Positions 1 through 12,140 of a stretch of 60,502 nucleotides of DNA are shown in pieces. The DNA lies in NCBI GenBank assembly GCA_016748015.1, contig JAAOMT010000529.1, positions 348,287 to 408,788 on the forward strand, written 5' to 3'. A program made the translations under genes and the position numbers. The number at the start of each line of letters is the position of its first letter. The stretch's first letter is position 1. The DNA comes from Geosiphon pyriformis uo1 (taxonomy: Eukaryota > Fungi > Glomeromycota). A model generated the notes under the pieces. That model had not been told where the DNA came from and made no database searches. It worked only from the letters and a program-made list of their open reading frames with translations.

Positions 1-594
1 ACAACAGGAGTGAATATTCTTTTTTATCACTTATGAAACTAATATTATTAATCTCATTCTAAAGTTTAAAAGCTATGACATTTGATCAATATTAGATCTA
101 TTAAAAGTTGTCTAAATAGAATAGATAGTAAAATAAATAAAGTTTAAACAAGAGTATATAATACATTCTAACTTTTTTAACTCTTACTTTCAGGTAAATA
201 TACTAATTCTTTTAAAAGTAAATTAAGATAAAATAAAATTTTAATATATTGTATAACATTTAAATCAATGAATTATTCAATATAAAAATAGATAAACTAA
301 CCTTTAGAAAAATCAACCATCTGTGCAGTTAAAAGACGACCTGTATAAACTGCTCCTGGATGAATGCGCGTTGTTGAGTAATTTGTTGTAGAATCTTTCT
401 TCAACATTTCTCTTACTTATTTATATGATTCTACAAAATCAGAATTCCAAACCTCAAATTCCTTAAACTTCTTTCCAAGTTCAAACGCAGTAGGACGATT
501 CTCAGGATTAACATCCCAACACTTTACAATTATTTCAGCAATAGAAGGTTGAATAAATGGGGAAGTAATTTCAGGTCTAATACCATTTAAAATA
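1..594. repeat. Near-identical inverted repeat of 10295-10889 (3' part and downstream flank of kinase K3); runs off the window start
   Basis: The reverse complement of 1-60 matches 10830-10889 exactly. The match continues through introns and coding sequence with a handful of substitutions and one indel. Confidence 0.95.
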
Positions 595-1658
595 GCCATA
601 ATAAGAATATAATTATGAGAAGAATCATGAAAAGGAAGCTTTCCTGTTGCTAATTCCCATAATAACATTCCACATCTATAAATATCACCAGCCAAAGTAA
701 ACTTTTCTCCACTTAAAACTTCGGGTGGAATGTATGAAGTCACTACATATATCTTTTTTTCCTTCGCGTCTTTTTTTGTTGTTATGTCTATTGCTGTTGC
801 TTCATTGTTTACTGGTTGACATAATCCCAGGTCTCCTATTCTTGCTTTATTCCCATGATGAACCATACCAGAATAATTAATTAATTTAAGTCCATTGGCT
901 ATATGACGCGCGATTGATAACTTTCCCAACCAATAAATAGAATGAAAATTTGTTGATAAATATTTTCGGATGTCTCCATGTTCGGCAAACACTATCACAA
1001 TTCCATACTCGAGTGTTTCAGCGTTTTGCGTAATCCCAATATTGAAGAGACATAATAACCTACATACCCACCGTTATTAATAAACATAGCTCTCTGAATA
1101 TTTAACTATCAACACAATATAAGAAAGTAAATAGATAATAGAATAAAGTGAATAAATAATAGGTTAATTAAAAATGAATTTTATATAAATAGTAATAATA
1201 ATAGTTTTTTTTACCTCTTTAAACACTTCTGAGCTGTTCGTTTTTATGATTTTTATTGCTACATCTTCTCTTCTCTATCTTTCATATTCCATTGAGCCAT
1301 GATGTTTTATACCTTCTATATCAATTAATCCATCAATTAGGATTACTTTACAAATTATACCGAACCCTCCTTTAGCAATTTCGTTGATATCCAACAAACT
1401 CTCCCATGGAATCCATTCATAGTAATTCAAATAACCATTATATATTCTATGTTCACCTTCATTATTAGGCGGAATATAGATTGGGTTCTTAATCATTTCA
1501 TAAACTACTTTATTGCCATTTGAAAAGTCGCGGTAAGGTTTTTCAAAAAATATGAACTGGCATGCTCTATAATAAATATTACTATAATTCTTTTTAATAC
1601 ACTCTTGACAAAATTCACATAGGTTGCAATCATGAGTCTCTGAACGTTTTTTTAACAT
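101..1658 (-). pseudogene. TKL-family protein kinase pseudogene (copy K1)
   Basis: Same exon structure as the intact paralogs (exon 1 1658-1215, exon 2 from 1105). Defects: in-frame TAG at 1277-1275 (MEYER*RREDVAIK), a 1-bp deletion near 1036, loss of the catalytic loop (GMVHHGNKARIGDLG instead of HRDLHSGNILQ...GDLG), and TAC>TAA at 419-417. Confidence 0.9.
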
Positions 1659-2690
1659 GGTTTGTTTAGAAAGTAATTTTTTAAAAGTGGACTTAGTATT
1701 TATGTTATTTCTCTGAGTTCACATACTAAAAAAATCTTTAAAAAAAATGTTATACTGAATAGGTTTGAGTAACTTTACAAAGGAAAATGCTAATTGTTCG
1801 TGTTCTAGTTGTTATTGTTATTGTTGTTGTTATTTTTATTGTCGTTTTTATTGTGGTTATTGGAATTATTCGATTAGATAATAAGACAAAAAGACAATTA
1901 TGTTTAAAAGATCTTTTAATAAATGTGTTAAACTTAAATTAAAAACCATTATTACATGGGAAAATTCAAATTGTATATTTCACTCTATGATAAAGCTTTA
2001 AAAAATATATTACTGGTATATATAATACCCAGTTATTTTTTTTTATTTTTACCAAATTAAATATATAAGCAATTTACTAAATTTGAATGTCTTTTTTTAG
2101 TCTAAACTTTCTAACAACTTAATTACAGTTCTAACGAAAAATAATAGGGGTAATACTGTTATCAGAATTTATCCCGTTTCAAAATTCAGGTCGATATGTA
2201 AATGTCACATTTGTTTACCACTAATTTCAGCAAACCTCCAATTTATTCCCACCGCCACTAATTTTATTTTATCCCTTATTCTAGCCAGAACTTATACCTC
2301 TACCATTAAAAATCCTTGCGGAGAACCAATTGCAATAGGCGCAATTATAAGATATAAAAAAATAAATTAAAATTTGAAATATATTTTTTAACTTAATATG
2401 CTCCTTTAATTAAGCTTTATTTCATTTACTAACAAATCATAGGTTTTGAATAAGATAAAAAATAATAAGTTTTTTAGTGCATAATCAATTTTTATTAAAT
2501 TTTTATCATTTATTTGTCAATACCAATAAGATTAATTGTTATAATTTACTAAATTTAAGTATAACAATTATTTAATATAAATTAAAATGTATAATATTAT
2601 TAATTTATGTTTTTAACTATTATTTTATTTGTTAAATAAAAAATCATTTATAATACTTAATAGATTAAATAAAAATTGTTTTTTTTATTT

Positions 2691-3040
2691 ATCTGGTTGA
2701 ACATGATTCACATAAAATACTATTTTTTTATAAATTTCCCGCGAAATCTAGTCATAATTATTAAAAAAGTTGAAAAACAAAAGTTTTCAATTTCATCATT
2801 TTTTAAAAAATTTTAACATTAAGAAAAATTAATTATTATATTGCGTTTTTGAAAAATTCTCAAAAATTTTTTTAATTACAAAATATAACAAATTTTATAA
2901 ATGAATTTTAAATTTTAAATTTGTAATCTCTAAATAACAAAAATAATAAAAAATGAAAATTAACTTTTATTAAATCACTTTATGAGATTCTCTGAAATTA
3001 AGATATAATAAAATATGGTTATATTTTTTAAAAAATAAAA
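2691..3040. repeat. Dispersed AT-rich repeat, copy 1 (direct copy at about 11881-12140); likely a non-autonomous TE remnant
   Basis: ATCTGGTTGAACATGATTCACATAAAATACTATT...AAATCTAGTCATAATTA and TTTTTGAAAAATTCTCAAA...TTATGAGATT align colinearly with 11881-12140. Confidence 0.7.
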
Positions 3041-3951
3041 AATAATAATTAAATGTAATTTTATAAAATTCTTTATTAGAGAACAATTTTAATTTAATTA
3101 ATTATTTTTTTAATAAATATTTTTAATACCTTTGATTAATAGATAAAACTGGGGTTAAAATAAATAGGCTAAATTTTTAGAAATTTGAAACTAAACAATA
3201 AAAACTTAATAGGTTTTATAAATCTTCATGATAATAATTTTTAAATAAAGACTTCAAATTGAAAGTTATAGCTAATTCGAAATATTAATTTAAAAATAGG
3301 TTTTGAAATTTATTAAACTGAGAGTATTATTTTATATTAAAGAATGTATGTTAAATTTTAATCAAATTTAAAATTTTATGATTATTGGATATTTGTTCTG
3401 ATAAACGACAAAATTAAGAATTTATAAATAAAGAATTAATTCGTTTAATAAATATCTTAATCGAATATAGAGAAAATCAGACAAAAAAATTTAAAGCGGT
3501 CTTTAATAAACTTTTCTGCTTTAGTATTAGGCAAACTAAAATAATAAAATTTGTTTTTTGTATCCCTATATTGATTTTATTTAGACTCTTAATATGTAAG
3601 TGATAGCTTATTTAATTTTCATGGTTCACCCGAGCCCTAAATCATTTATTAGTATTATTGTTGTTGTTACTATTGTTCCAAAAATAAATTGAAATACTTG
3701 TTTAGGAAACATAACATAGAGACTTGTTTGGCGTTTTTCTGTATTATAGCTACTAAATTTATTTATAGATAAAATTTGTGAATGAATAGTACTTTGATGA
3801 ATATGATTTGTTATCATAGAGAAACAGTATAAATAGGGACTCCGCGTTTAAATAATTACTTTCTAAACGCACTATTAATAGAAGCTTTACAAAAGCCCTC
3901 AAGAATTATAACCTATTCATATTTTATACATTATCCACAATTATACACATT

Positions 3952-5582
3952 ATGGAAAACAAAGAAATTAAAAGAACTCGTCCAAATGCTCATGATTGCA
4001 ACCTGTGCAAAGAATGTCAAGAGTCTATTAAACACAATAAGAATAATTATTGTAGAGCATGCTGGTTCATATTTTTTGAAAAACATTATCGCGACTTTTC
4101 AAGCGGCAATAACGAAGTTGATGAAATAATTAAAAATCCAATCTATATTCCACCAAAGAGTAATAGTATTTTTGATGGTGGTAGTTTGAATTATTATGAA
4201 TGGATTCCATGGGAGCATTTGTCAAATATTGCGGAAATTTCCAGAGGAGGATTCAGTATAATTTATAAAGCAACCCTAATTGATGGATTAGTTGATGAAA
4301 AGAGTATAAAACATCACGGTTCAATGGAATGTACAAGGGCAAAAACTAATATCTTTAGAGAAAAGATTAATGAAGTAGCAATAAAAATTATAAAGAACAG
4401 CTCAGAAGTGTTTAAAGAGGTAAATAAACTTTTATTATTAATTCATATTTACTTATTATCTATTTACTTAATTTATCTTTTTTTTTTCACACTGTGTTGA
4501 TAGTTAAATATTCAAAGAGCTATGTTTATTAAGAATGGTGATAAATACATCAATAATATCTCTTCAATGTATGGAATTACGCAAAACGCTGAAACACTCG
4601 AGTATGGAATTGTGATGGAGTTTGCCGAACATATTTATCAACAAACTTTCATTCTGTGAGTTGGTTAGAAAAGTTATCGATCGCGCGTCATATAGCCAAT
4701 GGACTTAAATCGATTCATTCTTCTGATATGGTTCATTGTGACCTACACTCGGGCAACATCCTACAATTAAATGATGGGGATGTAAATATTGGAGACCTCG
4801 GATTATGTCGACAAGTAAACAATGAAGCAACAACAACAATAGATACAACAACAGGAAAAGCAACAAAGGAAAAAAAGATATATGGAGTGATACCATACAT
4901 TCCACCAGAAGTTTTAATAGGAGAAAAGTTTACTTCGGCTGGTGATATTTATAGTTTTGCCATGTTATTATGGGAATTAGCAACGGGAAAGCCTCCATTT
5001 CATGATCGTTCTCATGACCACCTTCTTATAATGGATATTTTGAATGGGGCTAGACCTAAGATTACCTCCCCACTTATTCCACCATGTATTGCCGAAATTA
5101 TTGTAAAGTGTTGGGATGTTAATCCTAAGAATCGTCCTGCTGCCAAACAAGTTAACGAGGCGTTGTGGGAACTTGGAGAGATCTATTGGAATTCTACAGA
5201 AAAGTCTAAACAGTTTTTAGAATCAGAGATATACGTGTTTGAAATGTTAATGAACGACTCTACAACAACAACAAACCCAACGCATATTCATCCAGGAGCA
5301 GTTTATACAAGTCGTCTTTTAACTGCACAGATGGTTGATTTTTCTAAAGGTTAGTTTATTTAATTTTAAATAATTCATTAATTTAATATTATATATTGAA
5401 ATTTATATTAATTTACTTTCCTTTACTTTTTAAAAGGATTAGTCTATTTGCCTGATGGTAATAAAAATTTTTACAATATCTAATTTATATATATGCAATT
5501 TTCTAATGCTTATTTATTTTGCTGTATATAATAATTAGCCGACTCTTACGCCCGATTCAATAAAAATATGATTTATACTTGA
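3952..5582 (+). pseudogene. TKL-family protein kinase, frameshifted (copy K2)
   Basis: Exons 3952-4419, 4504-5349, 5437-5457 and 5539-5582 (GT/AG). A 16-bp deletion at about 4632 relative to paralogs (GAACAT[GGTGACATGAGAAAAT]ATTTATCA) shifts the frame to a TGA. The catalytic loop reads HCDLHSGN. Confidence 0.88.
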
Positions 5583-6599
5583 TTTTAATTTGAAAAAGCC
5601 AGGTTAAATGAATTTATAGATAATTTTAAATATGGTATATCTAAATATATTTTAAATATGTTGAGCATATAATAAAATTATAAGTAAATTTCAATTGTTA
5701 TCTCATTGATTTAGTAATTGCTTGAAATATGATTTTGTTTTAAATAAAAATTTAATTGAAAAATTGTTTAAATGGCTCAATTAGTTTAAATTTTAATGTT
5801 TAAATTAATAACAACTGTTATTGTAAAATAAAATTAATTTTAAATTGTTTAATTTATATTGAAAAAAAAAATAGATTTTATAAATAAATAAATAAAGAAA
5901 ATTCCATTCGTTTTGTTAATTTTAAATCATCAGTCTTCGCAGAAACTACCGGATTTCAGATGTTTATTATTTTAGCCGCCCACACAAGCTTCCCGCAAAC
6001 GTTATTTTATAGTTTAAAATTTTATAAGATTACTAATTTTTATTAAAGTTTCTTAATTTATATAAGAATAACGATATGTTTACATTTTAAAAAATGTAAA
6101 ATAAACAAACAAACAAACAAACAGACATGATAAATTGCAGAATCAATTTTTTTGAAAAATTCAAATGATTTTTTTTTATATCTTAATGAGTAACCAACCA
6201 CATTTCAAATTAATTATCTGTTTGACTAATATATTGATACCTTATTTTTATTAATAAAATTTGCATAGAAATGATTTTAATAATTTTTATCAGAAATAAA
6301 AATAAAAACTTGATGAGCTTTTCATTTTAATTTTTAAAGCTCAATAAGTTTTCTAATCTAAAATTTTCTTTTAATTTTAATATTAAATATTTGTAAAAAA
6401 AATATATAATAAATCAAATAATGATTAATTTTAAATTATTTTTATTATAGTTTTATAATAGCTATAATAAATAGTAAATAATTGCACATAAATTTGACAT
6501 TTTTAACTATTTACATTCACTAATTTTGTTGAAAAGTAAAATCAAAATTATTATATTAAAAAAAATCATTTGATATTTTACTTTTTTGCAAGCTTGAAA

Positions 6600-7460
6600 A
6601 ACGACTTGATATACTGCACCTAGACCATTATTATTCCGTAGGTTTTTAACGTTTTTTCTACGTGGTTTTCTTATTATTTAAGGGGTAAACTGTCAGTTTT
6701 AGACTTTTTCATTAAACATCGCAGCATTAAGACGATTCAATAAATTGAGATTTCAACACTTTTCAATGAGCTTAGCAATATCAGGTGGAATAAGAGAGGA
6801 GATTATTTAGTTTTTTTTTTATCATGAGGATAGCATTATAAGAATAATTATCAAAAAAAGGCCAATTTTCATAATAACACGCTAAACTATAAATTTCATT
6901 GGCTATTGTGAACCTTTTTCCTCTTAAAACCTATATTGAATCATCCCAAATATATTTTTACCCTTTTTATTATCGAGTTTTTAAGTTGACTCAATCCAAG
7001 ATTTCAAATTATTGGATAAATTATGCATGAAATATTTAGCCTATATGCAATACTAAATGTTATTGCATTTTATGAGACAAAAGAATAGAATAAATATTTG
7101 GTATAATTCATTTTATACAGAGCTATAGGCTATGTCTTCAACTTAAGCTCTTTAAAAATTTATTTATGATAATTATAAAAATTAACGTAATAAATAAGTT
7201 TTGAACTTTGGTAAACATTCTTAAAGAGTTTATCACTATTTGCAATGATAGATTCAAAAATTCTATAGCAACCTAATCTTTAATATATATATATATTTTC
7301 CAGGAGGTGTATAGTATCTGAATAAAGATTATATAAATTAGATTTTGGGATTGTTTTAAAAGTCTTTTATTCTAAACTTTGTTAAAGAAATCATCACTCA
7401 CTCAAATCTCTAACTCAAAATAATATATATAAACTTTGAAAGGATTTCACAATGAGTCGC
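6600..7460 (-). pseudogene. Heavily decayed TKL kinase paralog (copy K9)
   Basis: Minus-strand remnants include KNIFGMIQY..VLRGKRFTIANEIYSL, ISSLIPPDIAKLIEKC*, GAVY..SR and FKEL, with many stops and indels. The 5' boundary is approximate. Confidence 0.7.
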
Positions 7461-8430
7461 AGATGGTATCATTAATTAGTATCCATACAAAAGTATTAAT
7501 GATTGAAATAACAATGAGTAACTATATTCTTATTATATTCTTGCTATTTTTAATATAAAACAAGAATTAAAGTTGAAACCTTAATTAGCGATACAAAAGA
7601 CAATATTAAGTAATTCAAGTAATCATAATTTAAAAACTTTTTCCAAATGAATTGACAATTAATTAAATTTAATATCTAGCGTATGTTTATTGATCGTAAA
7701 ACAATATTATAAAGAAAATAAAAACAGCAAACAAAAAAAAATCATATAAAATTAAAATTTTAAAAATATATTGTTAATATAAAATTTTATTCAAATTCAT
7801 CATTAAGAAAAAGTTAATAAAATTATATTAAAATTTTAATTTATAAATAATTTATTTATTTATTTAAAATTTTTTTTAGAAATATTAAGATTTTATTAAA
7901 ATATTTTTATAAATACTATTTCATTTTCAATCTTTCAAAATCAAATTTAAATTGAATTTATTAATCAAATCATATTATATACGAATATAATATGATTTTG
8001 AAAAAGCACTAAATAATTTACATTAATATTTTGTAGATGTTTTTATTTAGAAAAAAATTATTTGAATCAAAATAAATAATATTTTTAAACGTCAACAATA
8101 TATTAGTTTTATTAAATTTATAATGAAACAAAAATATTTTTTTATTTTATTTTATATGAATAAATTTTTTATAAAATTTACTAATATAATTAAGATCTTT
8201 TAATTTACCATAATTTTATAATTATTTTGAAAAGTATATTTTTTAAAATATTAATACTTGAATTAATAAAATTAAAACAATAACTTTTTAAATAGATAAT
8301 CTCAACTGAAACATTATACATTGTTTTATCAAATGATTGTGTAATTCCCAAAGAATAGTTAAAACTTTAGTTTTATTATTATCTCTTAGTTCTAAAGATG
8401 ATAAATTATGACCAATTTGATAATTTTTTG

Positions 8431-8678
8431 GTTCAGCGAGGCGTTGACTTCGGGAAAGGGTGCTGATGTGGCTTCAGCTACGATCTTTTGGTTGCCCAAC
8501 TCTAAGTTGAGGACTGAGTACGAGAGAAGAGAGGTCCGATTGTGTCGGACCTTGGGATTTCTCTGAATCTATCTGTATAGTGTAGCCTTGACTGGCTCGA
8601 GTGGCTGGTCACATTCTAAATTGCGCCTAATTTGTAGGCTGTGTACGTTTAAGTAGCGGTTGGGCCACACTCGTGAAC
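8431..8678. other. 248-bp GC-rich island with imperfect terminal inverted repeats and internal hairpins (solo-LTR/MITE-like insertion or structured RNA)
   Basis: Roughly balanced base composition inside very AT-rich DNA. The ends GTTCAGCGAG and CTCGTGAAC can pair. Hairpins: AGGTCCGA-ttgtg-TCGGACCT (8532-8552) and GCCTA-atttg-TAGGC (8625-8639). Confidence 0.5.
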
Positions 8679-9145
8679 GTATAATGATAATAAAATTTCA
8701 TAAGAACAAAGATTCTTCATGATCCGAAAGTTTACTGTTAAAGCATTCGAAGTTAATTTAAAGAGAAACCGAGAGCTAACAAATAAAAGTGACCATTAAT
8801 AAAACTTTTCTGTTTTAGTGCTAAAAAAACCACAATAACGATAAAATTAAAATTAAATTTATAATTTCAAAATTGGTTTAATATTTAGAAAAGTCTTAAC
8901 ACAGTATCCAAGTAATTTTATGTTCCACACGAACCCTAATTTGATTTATTGTTATTGTTCTACAAAGAAATTGAACTGGTCATTTAACAATGAGACAATC
9001 AGAAACTCTTTAGTATTTTGTCTACTATTGCAAACCTATTTGTTATAGTGTGCAAACGTAAAAGAAACAATATCAAATAAAGCTTTAAAGAAACCTCAAG
9101 AATAATAACTTATTCCCTTTTTATCATTTGGCCTTTATTCACACG

Positions 9146-10789
9146 ATGGAAAACAAAGAAATTAAAAGAACTCTTCCAGTGACTCATGATTGCAATTTGT
9201 GTGAAAAATGTCAAGAGAGTATTCGAGATGGATGGAATAAGTGTAATGCATGCAAATTCATATTTTTAAAAAAACTTTATAAAGACTTTTCAAGCGGCAA
9301 TAAAGAAGTGGATGAAATAATTAAGAATCCAATCTATATTCCACCTAAGAGTAATAATAAATTTGGTAGTGGTAAAGTTAATTACTATGAATGGATTCCA
9401 TGGGAGGGTTTGTCGAATATCAAGGAAATTGCTAAAGGAGGGTTCGGTATAATCTATAAAGCAACCTTAATTGATGGATTAATTGATGTAGAAAGTATAA
9501 AACATCATAGTTCAATGGAATATAAAAGAGGAAGAACTAATAACTTTGAAGAAAAGATTGATGAAGTAGCAATAAAAATTATCCCAACCAACAGTTCAGA
9601 AGTGTTTAAAGAGGTAAACAAAGTATTATTATTTATATTTAGTTCACATTTAATTATTTCATATTTTACCTATTATTTATTTACTGTATATTAACGTCTA
9701 TTATTTATTCTATTATCTATTTATTAATTTATGATTTTTTATACTCTATTGATAGTTAAATATTCAAAGAGCTATGTTTATTAATAATGATGAACGCTTA
9801 TGTCGTATCTCTCGAATCTATGGGATTACGCAAAACGCTGAAACACTCGAGTATGGAATTGTGATGGAGTTGGCTAAACATGGAGATATGAGAAAATTTT
9901 TATCAACAAATTTTCATTTTATGAATTGGCGTGATAAGTTAATGATCGCGTTTCGTATAGCTGAAGGACTTGAATCAATTCATTTTTCTGGTATGGTTCA
10001 TCGTGATCTACACTCGGGCAACATCCTACAACTAACTAATAAATATATAAATATTGGAGACCTCGGATTATGTCAATCTATAAACAATGAAGCAACAACA
10101 ACAACAACAACAGAGAGAGCAACAGAAAAGAAAAAGATATATGGAGTGATTCCATACATTCCACCAGAAGTTTTAAGAGGAGAAAATTTTACTTTGGCTG
10201 GTGATATTTATAGTTGTGGAATGTTATTATGGGAATTAGCAACAGGAAAGCCTCCTTTTCATGATCGTTCTCATGACTACCTTCTTATAATGGATATTTT
10301 AAATGGTATTAGACCTGAAATTACTTCCCCATTTATTCAACCTTCTATTGCTGAAATAATTGTAAAGTGTTGGGATGTTAATCCTGAGAATCGTCCTACT
10401 GCGTTTGAACTTGGAAAGAAGTTTGAGGAATTTGAGGTTTGGAATTCCGAGTTTGTAGAATCAGATAAATACATAAGAGAAATGTTGAAGAAAGACTCTA
10501 CAACAAATTACTCAACAACGCGCATTCATCCAGGAGCAGTTTATACAAGTCGTCTTTTAACTGCACAGATGGTTGATTTTTCTAAAGGTTAGTTTATCTA
10601 TTTTTTGTATTGAATAATTCATTGATTTAAATGTTATACAATATATTAAAATTTTATTTTATCTTAATTTACTTTTAAAAGAATTAGTATATTTACCTGA
10701 AAGTAAGAGTTAAAAAAGTTAGAATGTATTATATACTCTTGTTTAAACTTTATTTATTTTACTATCTATTCTATTTAGACAACTTTTAA
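9146..10789 (+). CDS. Intact TKL-family protein kinase with Cys-rich N-terminus (copy K3)
   Basis: Exons 9146-9613, 9756-10587, 10682-10702 and 10779-10789 join in frame. Motifs present: KGGFG, VAIK, HRDLHSGN, GDLG, YIPPE, DIYS, CWD..PENRP. The N-terminus (CxxC..DFSSGN..VDEII..EWIPW) is typical of the expanded Glomeromycotina TKL kinases. Confidence 0.92.
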
Positions 10790-11787
10790 TAGATCTAATA
10801 TTGATCAAATGTCATAGCTTTTAAACTTTAGAATGAGATTAATAATATTAGTTTCATAAGTGATAAAAAAGAATATTCACTCCTGTTGTTGCTGCTTTTT
10901 CTAATTTAATGTTTCATTGTTTGCTCGTTAAATTAATCCAATTTTATGCAGTAGCTGATGAAATAATTAAAAACTAATGTTTGTTATTTTAATTGAAAAC
11001 TATTATTTAAAGCGTAAATTAAAAAAAATGGTATATATAATCAACATAAAAATTTATTAATTTGTTTAAAGAAAAAAAAGCAATCAAGAATTTTTAATTA
11101 ATTTGTCTACTATTAATTTGTTATTTTTAAATATGTTTTTTTTTACAAATATAATTTTTGAGAATAAATAAACCATAAATATTAAGAATTAGTCATAATA
11201 ATCTATTATCTTTATTATTTTATTCTTTTTATTATTGAATTTTTATATATATATAATATAATTAAATATATTAAACAAAAAACATTATCAATTTTGTAAA
11301 AAAATAATAATCCAAATTAAAATTTGCAAATAAATTAATCTATATATTTTATATTAGTTGGTTTTTTATCTACTGCTCTTTTATTATTTTATTTTACAAT
11401 TTCTGTAATTAACTCTTAAATGATAAATTTGTAAAACTTTTAAAGTAAAAAATTATTTTATTTATATACAAAATATTTCACGAAAATATAAATGAATTTA
11501 AATTTTTTAGTTTGAAATATTAAAAAACAACAACTAAAAATACACCCTATAATTCTTACTTTTTAAATTTCCCAAAACATAATAAATGCTACTAAACTAA
11601 TAAATTAAATTATAACATTAATTCAAGATATTGTTTTTCTCTGATACAATTGAATAATTTGTAATGTTTTTTTTCGAAATATCTAATTTCAAGTTTTTTA
11701 ATTATAAATAAAAATTATTTAAATTTTTAAATCATTTTTTAAATTCGAGATTTAAAATTTAACTATTGAAAAAAGTTGAAGCTGTTA

Positions 11788-11860
11788 CGCCTGAAATAGA
11801 ACAGTTTAAGAAATCAAATAAATATGTTGAAGAATAATTCGACAACGAATTATTCAATCA
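11788..11860 (+). pseudogene. Isolated ~70-bp fragment of the kinase C-terminal tail
   Basis: CCTGAAATAGAACAGTTTAAGAAATCAAATAAATATGTTGAAGAA...AATTATTCAAT matches the reverse complement of about 49995-50075 (K8). Confidence 0.6.
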
Positions 11861-11880
11861 ACTGAAAATTGGTTTTTATT

Positions 11881-12140
11881 CATCTGGCTAAACATGATTC
11901 CAATAAAATACTATTTTCTTATAAATTTTCCACAAAATCTAGCCATAATTAATTTTTGTGTTGCTTTTTTGAAAAATTCTCAAAGCTTTTTTTGATTATC
12001 AAAATATAAAATTTTAAATTTGTGATCTTTAAATAATTAATAATAATAATAAACAGTAAAGATTTAGTTTTATTAAATTATTTTATGAGATTATTTGAAA
12101 TTGAGATGAAACAAAAATGTGACTTTTCTGAAAAAATAGT
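11881..12140. repeat. Dispersed AT-rich repeat, copy 2 (see 2691-3040)
   Basis: Colinear similarity to 2691-3040. Confidence 0.7.

Noticed and set aside
2150-2345. Slightly GC-richer stretch that might be a decayed exon
   Set aside because: The frames I translated contain stops and no recognisable motif.
3952-4500. Hydrophobic C-terminal tails of the exon-1 ORFs (e.g. VNKLLLLIHIYLLSIYLIYLFFF) that look like TM helices or separate small genes
   Set aside because: They are read-through into the T-rich intron after the conserved GAG|GTAAA donor. Exon 1 splices in frame to the kinase exon.
8431-8678. Hammerhead ribozyme, RNase P or SRP RNA identity for the GC island
   Set aside because: CTGATGT and GGGAAA are present, but I could not place the full conserved cores or helices on either strand.
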